DNA of 64,000 nt. Source: Octopus sinensis (lineage: Eukaryota). Below the pieces are notes generated by a model. It did not search any database. It was not told the DNA's origin and saw nothing but the letters and a program-made list of their open reading frames with translations. The translations under genes and the position numbers were made by a program. This document shows positions 12,413 through 25,259 of the stretch, piece by piece; the stretch's first letter is position 1; each line of letters starts with the position of its first letter. The DNA lies in the NCBI RefSeq assembly GCF_006345805.1, contig NC_042999.1:7378001-7442000 (forward strand), read 5' to 3'.

Positions 12413-13124
12413 TAGTAACTTCACATATTGAAAAACAACATATTTAGAATCAAGGTAATTCATATTTCGTGAATATCAAGATTTTATATGAAGTGTCTCT
12501 TGCTATTTCTTCTTGGCAGTTTCTTGAGTTTGTTATTTTAAAGAAATCGTCACTGATATTCATTCAGAAAGCATATTAACATCAATATTCTGCATACACA
12601 CTATAAACGATGACTGCAAACGCCTTCCATATCATATGGAAACATTGATATAATATGCTTCATAAATTTAGAAGAAAGGTTATTCAATTGTACAAACTAC
12701 ACAGAAACAAAGCTTAGTCCTGAGTCCCTTCACGTTAAACAGACAATGTATAACAGATGGTATATTACTCAGGGCTAAACACGCAAGTGTCAAAATCTGC
12801 AAAATATAGAAATAATAATTATGTTCTACTTCAAATATACTAAAACCGAACTTGTTTGTTATATGGATTTCATTTCTGGAGTGACTAGAAAGAACGTTTT
12901 AAGGAATTGCCTTAGGAAGAATTAGGTTTCTTCCTAAGACTTATTCACTTGCCCATTCTCTCTATGTATCCCTAGAAAAGTCTTATTTTCAATAAATATT
13001 CTTTAGCTATAATTTTTGCCTGCCTCTCAGGAATCGAAACCGCTTTTGATTACCACAAATAGAAATTTGCAATCTTAAGAATTTATATATTTGCTACTGG
13101 TATTCTTTTATTCATTTTTTTCGT

Positions 13125-13349
13125 TTATTTGTTTCAGTCATTTGACTGCGGGCATGCTGGAGCAACGCCTTCCAGACGTAGAAATTGACACCAGGGTTTA
13201 TTCTTTGCAAACCTAGTACTTGTTCTATCGGTCTATTTTGCCGAACCGCCAAGTTACGGGGACGTAAACACACCATCGGTTGTCAAGTGATGGTAGGGAA
13301 GGGGGACAAACACAAACATACAAACATACACGTGTACATACATACACGC

Positions 13350-13385
<36 letters not shown>

Positions 13386-13552
13386 ATAGGTGCAGAAGTG
13401 GCTGTGTGGCAAGTAGCTTGCTTACCAACCACATGGTTCCGTGTTCAGTCCCACTGCATGGCACTTTGGGCAAGTGTCTTCTACTATAGCCTCGAGCCGA
13501 CCAAAGCCTTGTGAGTAGATTTGGTAGACGGAAACTGCAAAAGCTCGTCGTG

Positions 13553-13618
<66 letters not shown>

Positions 13619-13985
13619 GTGTGTGTGTGTGTGTGTGTGTTTGTGTGTGTGTGTTTGTCCCCTAACATCGCTTGACAACCGATGCTGGTGTGTTTATGTC
13701 CCCGTCACCTCGCGGTTCGGCAAGAAAGTCCGATAAAATAAGTAGTAGGCTTACAAAGAATAAATCCTGGGGTCAATTTGCGGTACTCCAGCATGGCCGC
13801 AGTCAAATGACTGAAACAAATAAAAGAACAAGCTTCTTTCAGTTTCCATCTGCCAAATCCACTCAAAAGGCTTGGGCCGGCCTGATGCTATAGTAGAAGA
13901 CACTTGCTCAAGGTGCAACGCAGGGGACCGAACCCGGAACGATCTGGTTGGTAAGCATGCTAGTTACCACAATCACTCTTGCGTA
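13125..13985 (-). mobile_element. SINE family B split by a nested family B copy
   Basis: 3' half at 13125-13350 and 5' half at 13831-13985 are both on the minus strand and separated by a plus-strand copy. Confidence 0.8.
13387..13828 (+). mobile_element. SINE family B (full length, nested)
   Basis: Homologous to 977-1405 from head to tail. Confidence 0.9.
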
Positions 13986-14434
13986 TAGTAACTTTTCTTA
14001 CATTATGACAAGCACGTAAAGCAAACTCATTGTCACACGCTACAAAAACGCATTTATCCACCCTTTAGTTCATCTGCTTTGGTAGGTCTTGTTTTCCACC
14101 TCCTACGGTCTCCTATGGCCTCCCATGGTCTCCTATGATAGTCTCCTTTGGTGCTACTTCAGTTTCCAAAACTTCAAAACGAGAAATTGGTTGTAGTGAG
14201 TCACAGGTTACCAACAGCATCACACACAACCTTAAGAACAATATGTGTGTCTGCGTATGAGCGCTCGCCAGTATGTGTTTGTGCGTGTGTGTGCATCTAT
14301 GTACACACGCATACATGCATTTCTCAAACTCGTAACCACAGTTTGGTGGAAGTAAAGATCGGATTTCAATTAGAAGAATAGACACAGAATAAAACATCCC
14401 AGATTGACCACAAATTAAAATAATATTTTTAAAT

Positions 14435-15008
14435 CTTAGCACAAGTTCATCAATTTCAAGGGAGGTACTAAGTCGATAACATTAACCTCAGAGCACAGCT
14501 GGTACTTTTTTTATCGACTTCGAAAGAACGAAAGGCAAAGTCGATATCGGCGGAATTTGAACTCAGAACGTAACGGCAGACAAAATGCCGCTGAAAATTT
14601 TTCCCGGCGTGCTAACGATTCTTATTTCTTTACTTCTCAAAGGGGGCTACATACAGAGGGGACAAACAAGGACAGACAAACAGATTAAATCGATTATAAC
14701 GACACAGTGCGTAACTGGTACTTAATTTATCGACCCCGAAAAGATGAAAGGCAAAGTCAACCTCGGCGGAATTTGAACTCAGAACGTAACGGCAGACGAA
14801 ATATCTATTTCTTTACTACCCACAAGGGGCTAAACACAGAGGGGACAAACGGGTTAAGTCGATTACATCGACTCCAGTGCGTTACTGGTACTTATCGACC
14901 CCGAAAGGAGGAAAAGCTAAGTCGACCTCGGCGGAATTTGAACTCAGAACGTAACGGCAGACGAAATACGGCTACACATTTCGCCCGTCGTGCTAACGTT
15001 TCTGCCAA
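14435..15008 (-). mobile_element. SINE family A dimer (15008-14623) abutting an A2 copy (14622-14435)
   Basis: Three consecutive GTCGAC..GAATTTGAACTCAGAACG centres. The dimer junction reads AAAGAAATAG|ATATTTCGTCTGCCG on the minus strand. Confidence 0.85.
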
Positions 15009-16138
15009 TATCAAAAGACTGTTTGAATAGAAGCACTTTCTTTGCCATTGACTGTAGGTCTTCTTAAGTTGTCATTTGCATATCAATAAATAATGGAAGA
15101 GCGTCACCACCAACGTCATATTGATTCCTGCTGATAAAGATCACAAATTTGTTTTCCATCGATTAAACAAAGGTAATTTGTTATCCGGCAAAATCGAAAA
15201 GTTATCATAACTGATGTCTCTGGAGATAATAAATATACAATATTCTACGTACGTACAGCTAACGCTCACGTGTATGTGTGTGTGTGCAGGCATGCATGTG
15301 GTAATGTATGTATGATTGTATGCATATATATCTCGTATATATGTATGATTGTGCATCTATGTATTTAATGTATGCAGAGAAATACGTACATTTGTAAGTA
15401 TGTATTTATATGAATATGTATATGCATATATGTACATATGTGATTGCATGTATGTAAGTAAGTATGTGTGTGTCAGAAAAAGTATATAAGAATTAGAATT
15501 ATTTCTGGAAGTAATTAGCATAAAGGCAAATGCATTTTGCATATTAAAACACTAACACACCCCAGCCCCACTGAATATATATGGGGAGGTATGTGCGTGT
15601 ATGTGTATTAGTGTTTTTAGTAAGCAAACATATTTGCCTATATGCTAATTATATCTCTAATTCAAATGTTTAACGGGAAGCGAACTAAAAATCCTATTCA
15701 TTAATATTTAGATATTCACATTGATAAAGAATCATATCATTTGGATATCTTTCTTAAAGACACACCGCTACTTCGCCAAACTTTGCCAATTGCCATAGAT
15801 CCTATGACATACGTACATACACGCATGCGTACATACATATATACACACATACATACATCCATACCTACATGATTTTGTATATATTCATACATATGCAATA
15901 TGTATGTGTGTGTGTGTGTATAAAAAAGGAAATAGACATCCCGAAATATAACTATATATATATATATAAATAAGGGGGAATTTTTAAACCACTATGTGGA
16001 AACCCTTATGCTAGAAGAAGATCCGCAATGGTCTCAACCACTAAGAATTGTTCTCCAGAAAATTTAGCACACCAAAAACGTAGGCGAGCAAGACAAATGA
16101 AAAATAACAAAAATATAGATTAATCACATACATTTGTT

Positions 16139-16184
<46 letters not shown>

Positions 16185-16299
16185 CACGTGACGTCACGTG
16201 ACCAACCAGACCATCAGATGTTGTTACATATCGCTGGTCACAATGCTTTCGCATGTTTTTAGCCTTCGAATCACGCCACCCCGCTGGCTAAGAGAGCAG

Positions 16300-16302
<3 letters not shown>
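16185..16302 (-). mobile_element. SINE family E 3' tail fragment
   Basis: Reverse complement resembles the tail at 61900-62000 (GCATTGTG..C.GATGT...CATC...CACGTGA). Confidence 0.55.
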
Positions 16303-16349
<47 letters not shown>

Positions 16350-16409
16350 TTTATTTAAAGCAGCAGAAAATTCAACAAAACCTGTTACTCTGAGTTTCAC
16401 ATATATATA

Positions 16410-16474
16410 TGTCATCATCATCACCGTCATCATCGTCGTCATCATCGTCGTCATCATTATCGTCATCATCGTCG

Positions 16475-16506
<32 letters not shown>

Positions 16507-16960
16507 GTCATATGTCTGTTTTCCATGCTGGCATGGGTGGAATTGTTTGACTGAAAACTGGCAAGCCGAGGAGCAGTACCAGATTCCGTTTTGATTTGGC
16601 AAAGTTTATACGACTGGATGCCCTTCCTAACGCCAACCACTCCGTGAGTGTAGTGGGTGTTTGTTTTTACGCGTCACCAGCACGGGTACTATTGACCTGG
16701 TACCAGCATAAACCACGACTCCGGTCTCGCTTGGCTCGACAGGTCTACAGAAGCACGGTATACCGTCGAAGGTGTCGGTCTTTAGTCACTACCTCCATGA
16801 GGCCCAAAGCTCGAACGCAGCTTTTTACGTGCCACCGACACGGGTGCCAGTCAGACAGCACCAGTATCGCCCACGACTACGATTGCACTCGGCTCCACAG
16901 GTCTTCACGCGCACAACGTATCGCCCAATATTTGAAGGGTGCTTTTTGCATGCTCGTTAC
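16410..16960 (-). mobile_element. LINE-derived 3' end with (ATG)n tail and internal ~155 bp tandem duplication
   Basis: A (CAT)n run is followed by GTCTGTTTTCCATGCTGGCATGGG...GGATGCCCTTCCTAACGCCAACC. Related units TTTTACG..CACC..CACGGGT..CCACGACT..CAGGTCT occur at about 16665 and 16822. Clade not determined. Confidence 0.55.
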
Positions 16961-16962
16961 GT

Positions 16963-18113
16963 GACATCATCACTTTTCTAAACGTAATTTATGGTCTTTG
17001 ATTATATTTTGAGTTTTCTGTTGTAAATTAATTTTTGTGAATCCATGGATAGATAAAAAATTCGTGTTGTTTACGAATATGATTTCTGTCGTGAAACCAT
17101 TGCGTCTCAGAGAGCTCGAAACATCAATGAGATGTTTGGTGTGAAGATGTGGCGACTGAGCGCACTGTACGTCGATGGTTCGAGATGTTCCTGTCTGGTG
17201 ACTTTACTCTTGAAAATCAGCCCCATGGTGGACCTGAGACCAAGGTAGATAATGATACATTGGAAACTGAAGTAGAAGCAGATACATCTCAAACTACGCG
17301 TTTGGTGTAGTTTGATGTTTCGATTCCAGCTGAATTGGACCATCTGAAAGAAATCGGAAGCTGGACAAGTGGGTACCACGCGAACTGAAAGAGCATCAAA
17401 TGACACGTTGTCTTGAAGAAACTTGCTGTTCTTTGCTGTCACGGCATAAAAGCGAACCACTTTTACATCGTATTGTTACGTGTGATGAAAACTGGATTCT
17501 CTTCAAAAATAGGAAGCGTTGTGCACTGTGGTTGGATAGAGATGAAGTGCCAAAACACAATCCAAAAAAGAATATTTAATGGTGTCTATTTGGTGGTCCA
17601 ACGTTGGTGTCATGCACTACTGCTTTATGAGTGCTGGTAAGGCAGTTACAGCGGATGCGTACATCAACCAATTCGATGAAATCATGAGTGAACTTGCAAT
17701 TAAAGAACCGAGATTGGTCAACAGAGACAGGTTGATTGTCATGCAAGTCCATGCTCCACAACATGTTGCACAAAGAACTCTACTCAAGTTACAGGAACTG
17801 CACTTGGAAGTACTCTGTCATCCACCATATTCACCAGATCTTACACCAACTGACTATCACGTTTTCCATAACACAACGTTTTGCTAGCAAAAAAACTTCA
17901 AATCGGAAGAAGATGCAAGAACAGTCTTTCGTGATTTCACCATCTCTTGCTCTCCAGAATTCTTTACTTTCGGCATAAATAAGCTACCGATAAAATGGCA
18001 AAATGGTGCTGATAATTTAGGTGCATTCTTTGACAAACTGCACGGCTTTTGTTGAGATCAAGTAAGATAAACGTTCAGTCCAAACTCGGACACTTCATTC
18101 GTAATGATCTGGT
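16963..18113 (+). mobile_element. decayed mariner transposon, second copy
   Basis: WVPREL, RIVTCDENW, MVSIWWS, HAPQHVA, HPPYSPDLTPTDYHVF motifs with frameshifts. The right end is ...CTTCATTCGTAATGATCTGGTA. Confidence 0.92.
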
Positions 18114-18475
18114 ATTATAGTTTCACGTTAACATTTCGAGTATCACAATTTCCTCAACTACAAAATACAAGTTATTCGTATCACTATGAGTCGTTGAAAC
18201 TTTGTATGCATCGAAATTAGACGCAAAGAATATTCAACCATTTTGTTGCTATGTACGGATGTAATTATAACTTGATTTTCATTAATTTGTTTTTAGTTTA
18301 TGTCAAAGTTTGAATTATATACAATGTTTCATCTTTGTAAATTACATTCACATAAATATATACATATGATTAAGCACACACTCACATATACACACAGACA
18401 CACAGACATATACACATACGATTCGTGAGCACATAGACAAAAACACACACACACAGGTATATATATGTGTGTGTG

Positions 18476-18528
<53 letters not shown>

Positions 18529-18536
18529 CTACACAT

Positions 18537-18575
<39 letters not shown>

Positions 18576-18828
18576 TGTGTGTATGAGTATGTGTGTTTTT
18601 GTGTGTTTGTGTGTGTATACACATTTGCTTATTAAGCTTTTACGAGGAGTTTACAAAGAATAAGCTGTAGTCAAAGGTTATTAAATGTTTTCTATTTGTA
18701 AAAGTTTTGCGTAATATTTCAGTTAAGATTAAATCTATCTTTATATATAAAATGGTCGTACATAAAAGCAGACACACATACATACACACATACACAAATA
18801 CACACACGCAGACAAACAAACGTATATG

Positions 18829-18881
<53 letters not shown>

Positions 18882-19087
18882 CATAGAAAATGGCACTCAA
18901 CACATCTGAGGTACTCAGAAATTGGATGGTTTTATATTTACTTGAAATTTCATCGATTAATGTATATATATATATATATATATTGATAGAAATGGCAAGA
19001 CAACAAAAGAATGATAGAGACCTCGATATTATGTAAATAGGGAAATTTATCTGTAGATGTAATATGAGACAATTATTCGGTAGCCAT

Positions 19088-19149
19088 GATAAAACTCCGA
19101 GTTTCGGATGCCGAGGTGGACATCCACGCCCCCCATCTCTTCAGTTATC
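19088..19149 (-). ncRNA. type I hammerhead ribozyme motif (PLE-type terminus)
   Basis: GATAA-CTGAAGA-[GATG...GTGG ATGT CCAC...CATC-C]-GAAA-CTCGGAG-TT-TTATC: intact core, 5 bp stem I, near-palindromic stem III, imperfect long stem II. Confidence 0.6.
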
Positions 19150-19279
19150 CGGCCATCGGAAAAATGCTAGAAAATGCTAAAAATATTATATCATTTTCTA
19201 TCGGTATCAGTTATTTAGACTTCTGGAGCCCTAACTATGGAAAACTATTAGAGTTTTGAAAAATTAAAAGAAAAGTTTT

Positions 19280-19349
19280 TTGCATAGTATTCAAATACAA
19301 GGGCATTTTCCTTATTTCTGCCTGCCTCTCTTGCTTCTTCTTGCTTGCC

Positions 19350-19386
<37 letters not shown>

Positions 19387-19407
19387 CTTCTTCTTCTTCT
19401 TCTTCTT

Positions 19408-19438
<31 letters not shown>

Positions 19439-19790
19439 TGTCTCTTCTCTTCTTCTTCTTCTTCTTCTTCTTCTCTTCTTCTTCTCGCTTTTCTTCTTCC
19501 TTCTTCTTCTTCTTCTTCTCTGCTAAGAATTCACAACGACCTCAAACCCACAAGAGTAAACAAGGGAGACCGAGACAGGCAGAAACAAGGAAATGTCCCT
19601 TGTATTTGAATACCATGCAAATATTCTTTTCAAAAACTTTTCATTTTATTTTTTGCAAAATTTAATTGTTTTCCATACTTACAGTTGAAAAAGTCTCAAT
19701 GACTGAAACCGGTACTAAAATGTTCTTCATGATAAAATTATTTTAGCATTTTCTACCTTGACTTTTTCCTTATACATATCAACTTGTTTG
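19280..19790 (+). mobile_element. PLE 3' terminal fragment with (CTT)n tract
   Basis: 19540-19790 aligns by eye with 41280-41510, the 3' end of the RT+GIY-YIG PLE, and with 21130-20905 (-). Confidence 0.75.
19682..19716 (+). ncRNA. minimal hammerhead motif, U3-A8 core variant
   Basis: CAG-TTGAAAA-AGTC(TCAAT)GACT-GAAA-CCGG-TA-CT. Confidence 0.6.
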
Positions 19791-19948
19791 TTTCTTTTCA
19801 ATCTTCTACATAAGTGTGTGTGTGCGCGCGCAAATGTATATATGTATGTATATGTATTGTGTGTGTATGTATATATACATGTATATGTATATATTGTATA
19901 TATGTGTGTGTTCGTATCTGTGTTTATGTATGTATGTATATCTATCTG

Positions 19949-20012
<64 letters not shown>

Positions 20013-20729
20013 ACTATCTATCTATCTATCTATCTATCTAAGCATACTACGCATGTGTCAAATATTCTACCTAAAAGGTGAAAACAACTTTGCAAAAACA
20101 AGAAAGAAATACATTTAAACGTTTTCAAGATGAAAAAAAAATCCCTTAATATTTATTGCGAACAATTTTCTAATCTTTCTGCATATCTTCATTTTTGGTT
20201 CACAGTTCCTCCTGTTATTACCCAAAATAATTTAATGATAAGACATGCATGTTAAGTACATTTGCTCCTACTATAGAATACCATTAGCAGAATTTTCTGT
20301 AGTTTCGTAAGAATGAAGAGAAAAAACAGTTATCGATTTTTTTCCCTGGCAGTTATTATGCAAAGTGTTTATAGTTAGATATTGCTACTCTTTCTACTAA
20401 TATTTCATGAAGCTATCATTTCTTATATTTGACAGATCTTACATTTTTCGATACGTTAATATTTAATATTCCGGTTTGGTCTGTTTATTATCTTTGTTAA
20501 ACTTGTGCTCTAATAGCTACAGCGTTGTTACTTTCCGTTCAACCACATTCCGGCTCGTCTTTTACATATAATTGTTCTGTACTACACCAAGAACTTTCTA
20601 TTGCAGCAATCTTTAAGAATTATAGCTATTTCGAAAGAGTTATACCAACCGAGTATTTCAAATTATATAAAGAGGTACAGACCACACAAGCAAGAATACA
20701 CGCAAGCACCAATATACACATGCAGTCCA

Positions 20730-20816
20730 GATACCTTGGGCAAGTGTCTTCTACTATAGCTGCAGGCCAACCAAAACCTTGTGAGTGAATTTGGCAGACA
20801 GAAACTGAAAGAAGCT

Positions 20817-20820
<4 letters not shown>
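20730..20820 (+). mobile_element. SINE family B fragment
   Basis: CCTTGGGCAAGTGTCTTCTACTATAGC...GAAACTGAAAGAAGC. Confidence 0.75.
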
Positions 20821-20904
<84 letters not shown>

Positions 20905-20913
<9 letters not shown>

Positions 20914-21690
20914 GCATATAAGGAAAATGTGACAAAGTAGAAAAAGCTAAAATAATTAAAGAACATTTAATACCGGTTAAAGTATGAAAAATAATTAAAG
21001 TGTGGAAAAATTAAATGAAATGGCGTTTTTAAAAAAAAACATATTTCTATAGTTTTCAAATGCAAGAGACGTTTTCCTTTCTTCTGTCTGTCTCTGTCTC
21101 TCATTTTTACTCTTGTGGGTTCTGGGTTGTTAGCAGCAGCTAGTTTGATATGAATTCTTGTCTTTGATTGTTAAAGCAGAAGTAGTAGTTGAGACAGGAA
21201 GCGGCGGTGAAAAAGTAGAAGACGAAGAAGAAAAAGAAGTAGAAGAAAAAGTAGAAGAAGATGATGATGATGATGATGATGATGAGGAGGAGGAGGAGGA
21301 GGAAAAGAATGCGGGACTGGTATGACAGTAGCAGGATGTTGATGGAATCCACTTAGATGGTCAAGTGACCTAAAAGTGACTCGTTGTGAATGATAGTAGT
21401 GATTGAAATCGTTCTGAATAAATTCTCGCGGCGATTGTTTTGAATATATCGTTTTTAATATTTGCGTGGGTGTTATTCTAAGGTTCGATAACAGTGCCAT
21501 TTGTTGGGGATGCGTTCAAAAGGGGTTTATATTTTGTGATAAAGAATGGCTCTTTACTAATGCGCTGACTACAGGTTGTATCGTCCCTGAATTGATAGAG
21601 GGGAAAAGATTATGAAGCTTCGTTGTTTGTTAATAGTGGAAATGAATTTTTGCATCGAAGCTTGCCGATTAGAGAACATCTAAATTTAAA
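20905..21690 (-). mobile_element. PLE 3' fragment (end of GIY-YIG ORF, simple-repeat 3' UTR, terminus)
   Basis: Minus strand ...IFSPLYQFRDDTT...KEPFFITKYKPLLN (allowing small indels) matches 40600-40700. The terminus matches 19540-19790, but the ribozyme core is deleted. Confidence 0.8.
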
Positions 21691-21787
21691 TAATAAGGGT
21701 AAAAATTGATATTAATTAGATTAATATCAATTTAAACCAGTGGCCTAGCATATTGAAAAAAATCTGAAGATTCAGATATTTATATTA

Positions 21788-22350
21788 CATATATATAAGA
21801 GAAATGGCCACTAGGTCGATTCCTAATATGCTAAAGGTAGACCCCATACGGTCCGACCACTAAGAAAAATTGAAAAAATTATTCTCAAGAAAATTCGGTA
21901 AACGCCAGAACGTGAAGCGAGCGAGACAAATAAAAAGATACAAAATATAGTGATTTGTCCCATACCATGGTTTCATTGTTACCATCTACATTACGTAACT
22001 GTCTGCAAATCCTTATTTTCTGCAGAGTCATTTCAGGCTTCGGCGCGCCAAAACGAATATAATTGATAGAACTGTATGCATGTTATCTCTCGGGAGGACG
22101 TCTCGTGTATAGTTCTGCAAATTATATTTTCCATGATGGTTACACTAAGGATTTGTAGACATTTACGAAATGTAAATGGTAACAATGAAATCACTATATT
22201 TTGCATTTTTTCATTTGTCTTGCTCGCTTTGTGTTCTGGCGTTTGCCGAATTTTCTTGAGAACAATTTTTCATAGCGGTCAGACTAGATGGGGGTCTACC
22301 TTTAGCATATTAGGAATCCTCCTAGTGGTCATTCCTCTTATATGTATATA
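21788..22350. mobile_element. foldback/MITE-like element with ~220 bp imperfect terminal inverted repeats
   Basis: 21788-22013 is the reverse complement of about 22145-22350 (shared GATTCCTAATATGCTAAAGGTAGACCCC, TTCTCAAGAAAATTCGG.AAACGCCAGAAC). Both ends abut TA runs. Confidence 0.75.
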
Positions 22351-22651
22351 TATATATATATTTTTTGTGAAATAGAAAGATGAATAATCTTGTTGCAGAT
22401 TAATCAAAAGTTTAACCGATACCTTGGTAGCAAAAATCACAGCAGAAGACGGTTGGAGGTACAACCCTATGGTGTTGCAACCGTGCGTTGGTGCGGATAA
22501 TTGAATTTTAATATTATTAGTGAATTGAAGAAATGGAGTTGAACGAAGATTGTTTCGAAACACGTGTAGAATGAAATAAAGCGATTTCTGTTCAATCTTT
22601 GTTCAACTCCATTTCTTCAATTCACTATATATATATATATATATTATATAT

Positions 22652-22701
<50 letters not shown>

Positions 22702-24453
22702 TACGTACATACATATATATATAAAATATATATAAATACGTACGTACGTTGTATGCGTGTGTGTGTGGTGTGTGTGTGTGAGTGCGTTGTGTGTGGTGGT
22801 GTGTGTGTGTGAGTGTGTGTGTGTTGACTCTTGGCCTAATATCATCTCGAACTACGTGTGGAAGGTGGTATGTTCAGATCTGCATCGACTTCCTGATGAG
22901 GACATTGTTTCCTATGAATTATATGACATGCAGAGAAGAGAAACAAGATCAGGTGGTAGTGAAAGGTCCCAGTTGTATTAGTAGAGGCCGACCTTCTGTC
23001 TAGAAACAAAATATAACGAAAGAGAACAGCAGGAAACAGCAGGTTCCTGGGGTATATACTATGTAATTGTTCTGTGAGAGTGTTCTGAATATCTATGTTG
23101 GTCGATGGCAGACAAGTGGTTCGACGGGCATTATGGTTGCTGGCTGATCAGTCTGTGGAGAAGAGTAAGTCTGCAGAAAAAGCTATATTGACAAAAAGTG
23201 TATAAAAGATATAAAATTATAGAGAAAGTCTAAGGGAGAAGTTTATACCAAAACTAAGAACCATCGACGCAAACATCTGTGAAGAGCAACCCCTCTCTAG
23301 AAAAGCTTGGGCTGAGTTAGTTAATCACGTGTATAATAACGACAAGGTTGGTTCGAATCCGTCCAGTAAACGCAAACGTCAAATGATTTTCATCCCAAAG
23401 AATGGTTTAACTAATAGTAGAATGTGGCCTCGCCACAGTGGCACGTTTCCTGATACAGTGTGTCTGCTGGTTTCTAAATAAATGACTAGACATGTTCCTT
23501 CCATATGCAGATATGCTTCGCAGACTGCAATTCTACAAGTTTAGAAGAAAAATATTATTTGAATTATACCTGCGTTAAACTCCATTTATTTATATATTAT
23601 ACAAAAAATTCCACGTAAACCCGAATTTCTACCTTTAAAAACAAGGAGTTACAACCTCTTTACTTGTGTGATCTTTTGCTACACTGGTAACTATTTATCT
23701 ATTTTTCCGTGTTAGTTGTTAACAAGGGAAAATACACTCATCTAGACATTAATAGCCTATAATTCTCCTACCACTTAAACTTCAACATGAATAACTTTTG
23801 ACATTTATTTTACCCCTTCCTATATCTATAAATAGAAAAATTCTTTGTCTCCATCCAACCGAAAATCTCTCCACCCCCACTAACAGACCTAAATAAATAA
23901 AGGAAAAAAATCTATAGTCAGAAGGTAAATTTTAATACTATCATGTTCTTAACCATCAAATCAACTTTTCTGTCTGTATATCTACCCGCTTTATAATGTT
24001 GGCGAACGAAATGGAAATAAGTATATGTATTGTCCATTTGATGGAAGATTCTATAAATGGCTGAAGATTGCTCAACATTTTAAACTGAGTAATACTTACA
24101 ATGTAATAAAATGAAGTAGCATGAACGATCGTACCAAAGTACCGAAGATATACTTGTTGCTTATTTTGATTATAATCACCCCATGGATTTGTATGGATAA
24201 TACCATACAAAATTCTGGTGCCTTTGACTTAAGTACCATATTCATTTGAATCTAAATTTTGCTGAACTTATATATATATATATATATATGGTTCAGCAAT
24301 ATAATAATATATATAAGATTAATCAGCGAAATTGCGAGGATGATCCGGTTCTTGACTGAAGATTGAAGGCTTCGAATGTCCCGTCGTCGTATGTTTTTGT
24401 ATCGTCTTCTAAATATTTACGTTCTTGTCCCAGGTTGTATTTTTCTACATATA

Positions 24454-24531
<78 letters not shown>

Positions 24532-25259
24532 ACTGTGTGCTGTGTGTAAGTGTTTATAGTATCTCGCTTTATCGGATGCTAGGTCTTCCTATTGTTATAC
24601 CAGAACAACTGACTTCTTCGTCATCCTTTTACAAGCTTTATTTCATTTCCTTTAATCCATTCTACTTATAAACAATTGTTTCCCGAGCCAGTGGCAACTT
24701 TCTCGGTCTGTGGCATTAATTTGTTATGAGATCGTTCATTGTATTTTGATGATTATTTTCATTTCCCAACAATATCTGTTATCTTCAAAGATAGTTTGGT
24801 TGAAGTAGAAGTAAAATAAATTCCTGTAATAGAATCCTACTTCATTAATTCTAGTAATTGTACCAGTGGGGAATTTACAAACATGAAAAATATTCCAATT
24901 CTCATCTCCTATTAAATCCGTCCTTTCTTATTTAGTTAAGGAAAATAAATATATTCCAGTGATATTTCCTTACACCAACCACTTGAAAAAGTAATTACGT
25001 ATGCAAGGCTGGCAAAGAACAAAGGTCTCTGTTGGTAATTAGAACACACAATCGTCCGTTAGTTGTCAAGTGTGTAGAAGAGATAATGTTCTTCTAATTA
25101 ATGTTAAATAACGAATAAAGAGAATCAGACAAAGAGAGATATATTCTAATGAATGGCTGCATAGATAAATGGCCAGATAATTTATATTTCCAAAGATATC
25201 ACGGTGATAATGAGACTAGAACATCTTTTATACTAAAGAGAAGTATACAATGGCGTATG

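Noticed and set aside
21171-21500. ORF with PPPPPPHHHHHHHH resembling a transcription factor
   Set aside because: It lies in the PLE 3' UTR and its simple-repeat tract, downstream of the GIY-YIG end homologous to 40600-40700.
23956-24210. Minus-strand ORF loosely like a PLE GIY-YIG segment
   Set aside because: Only IKWTI-level similarity; diagnostic motifs are absent.
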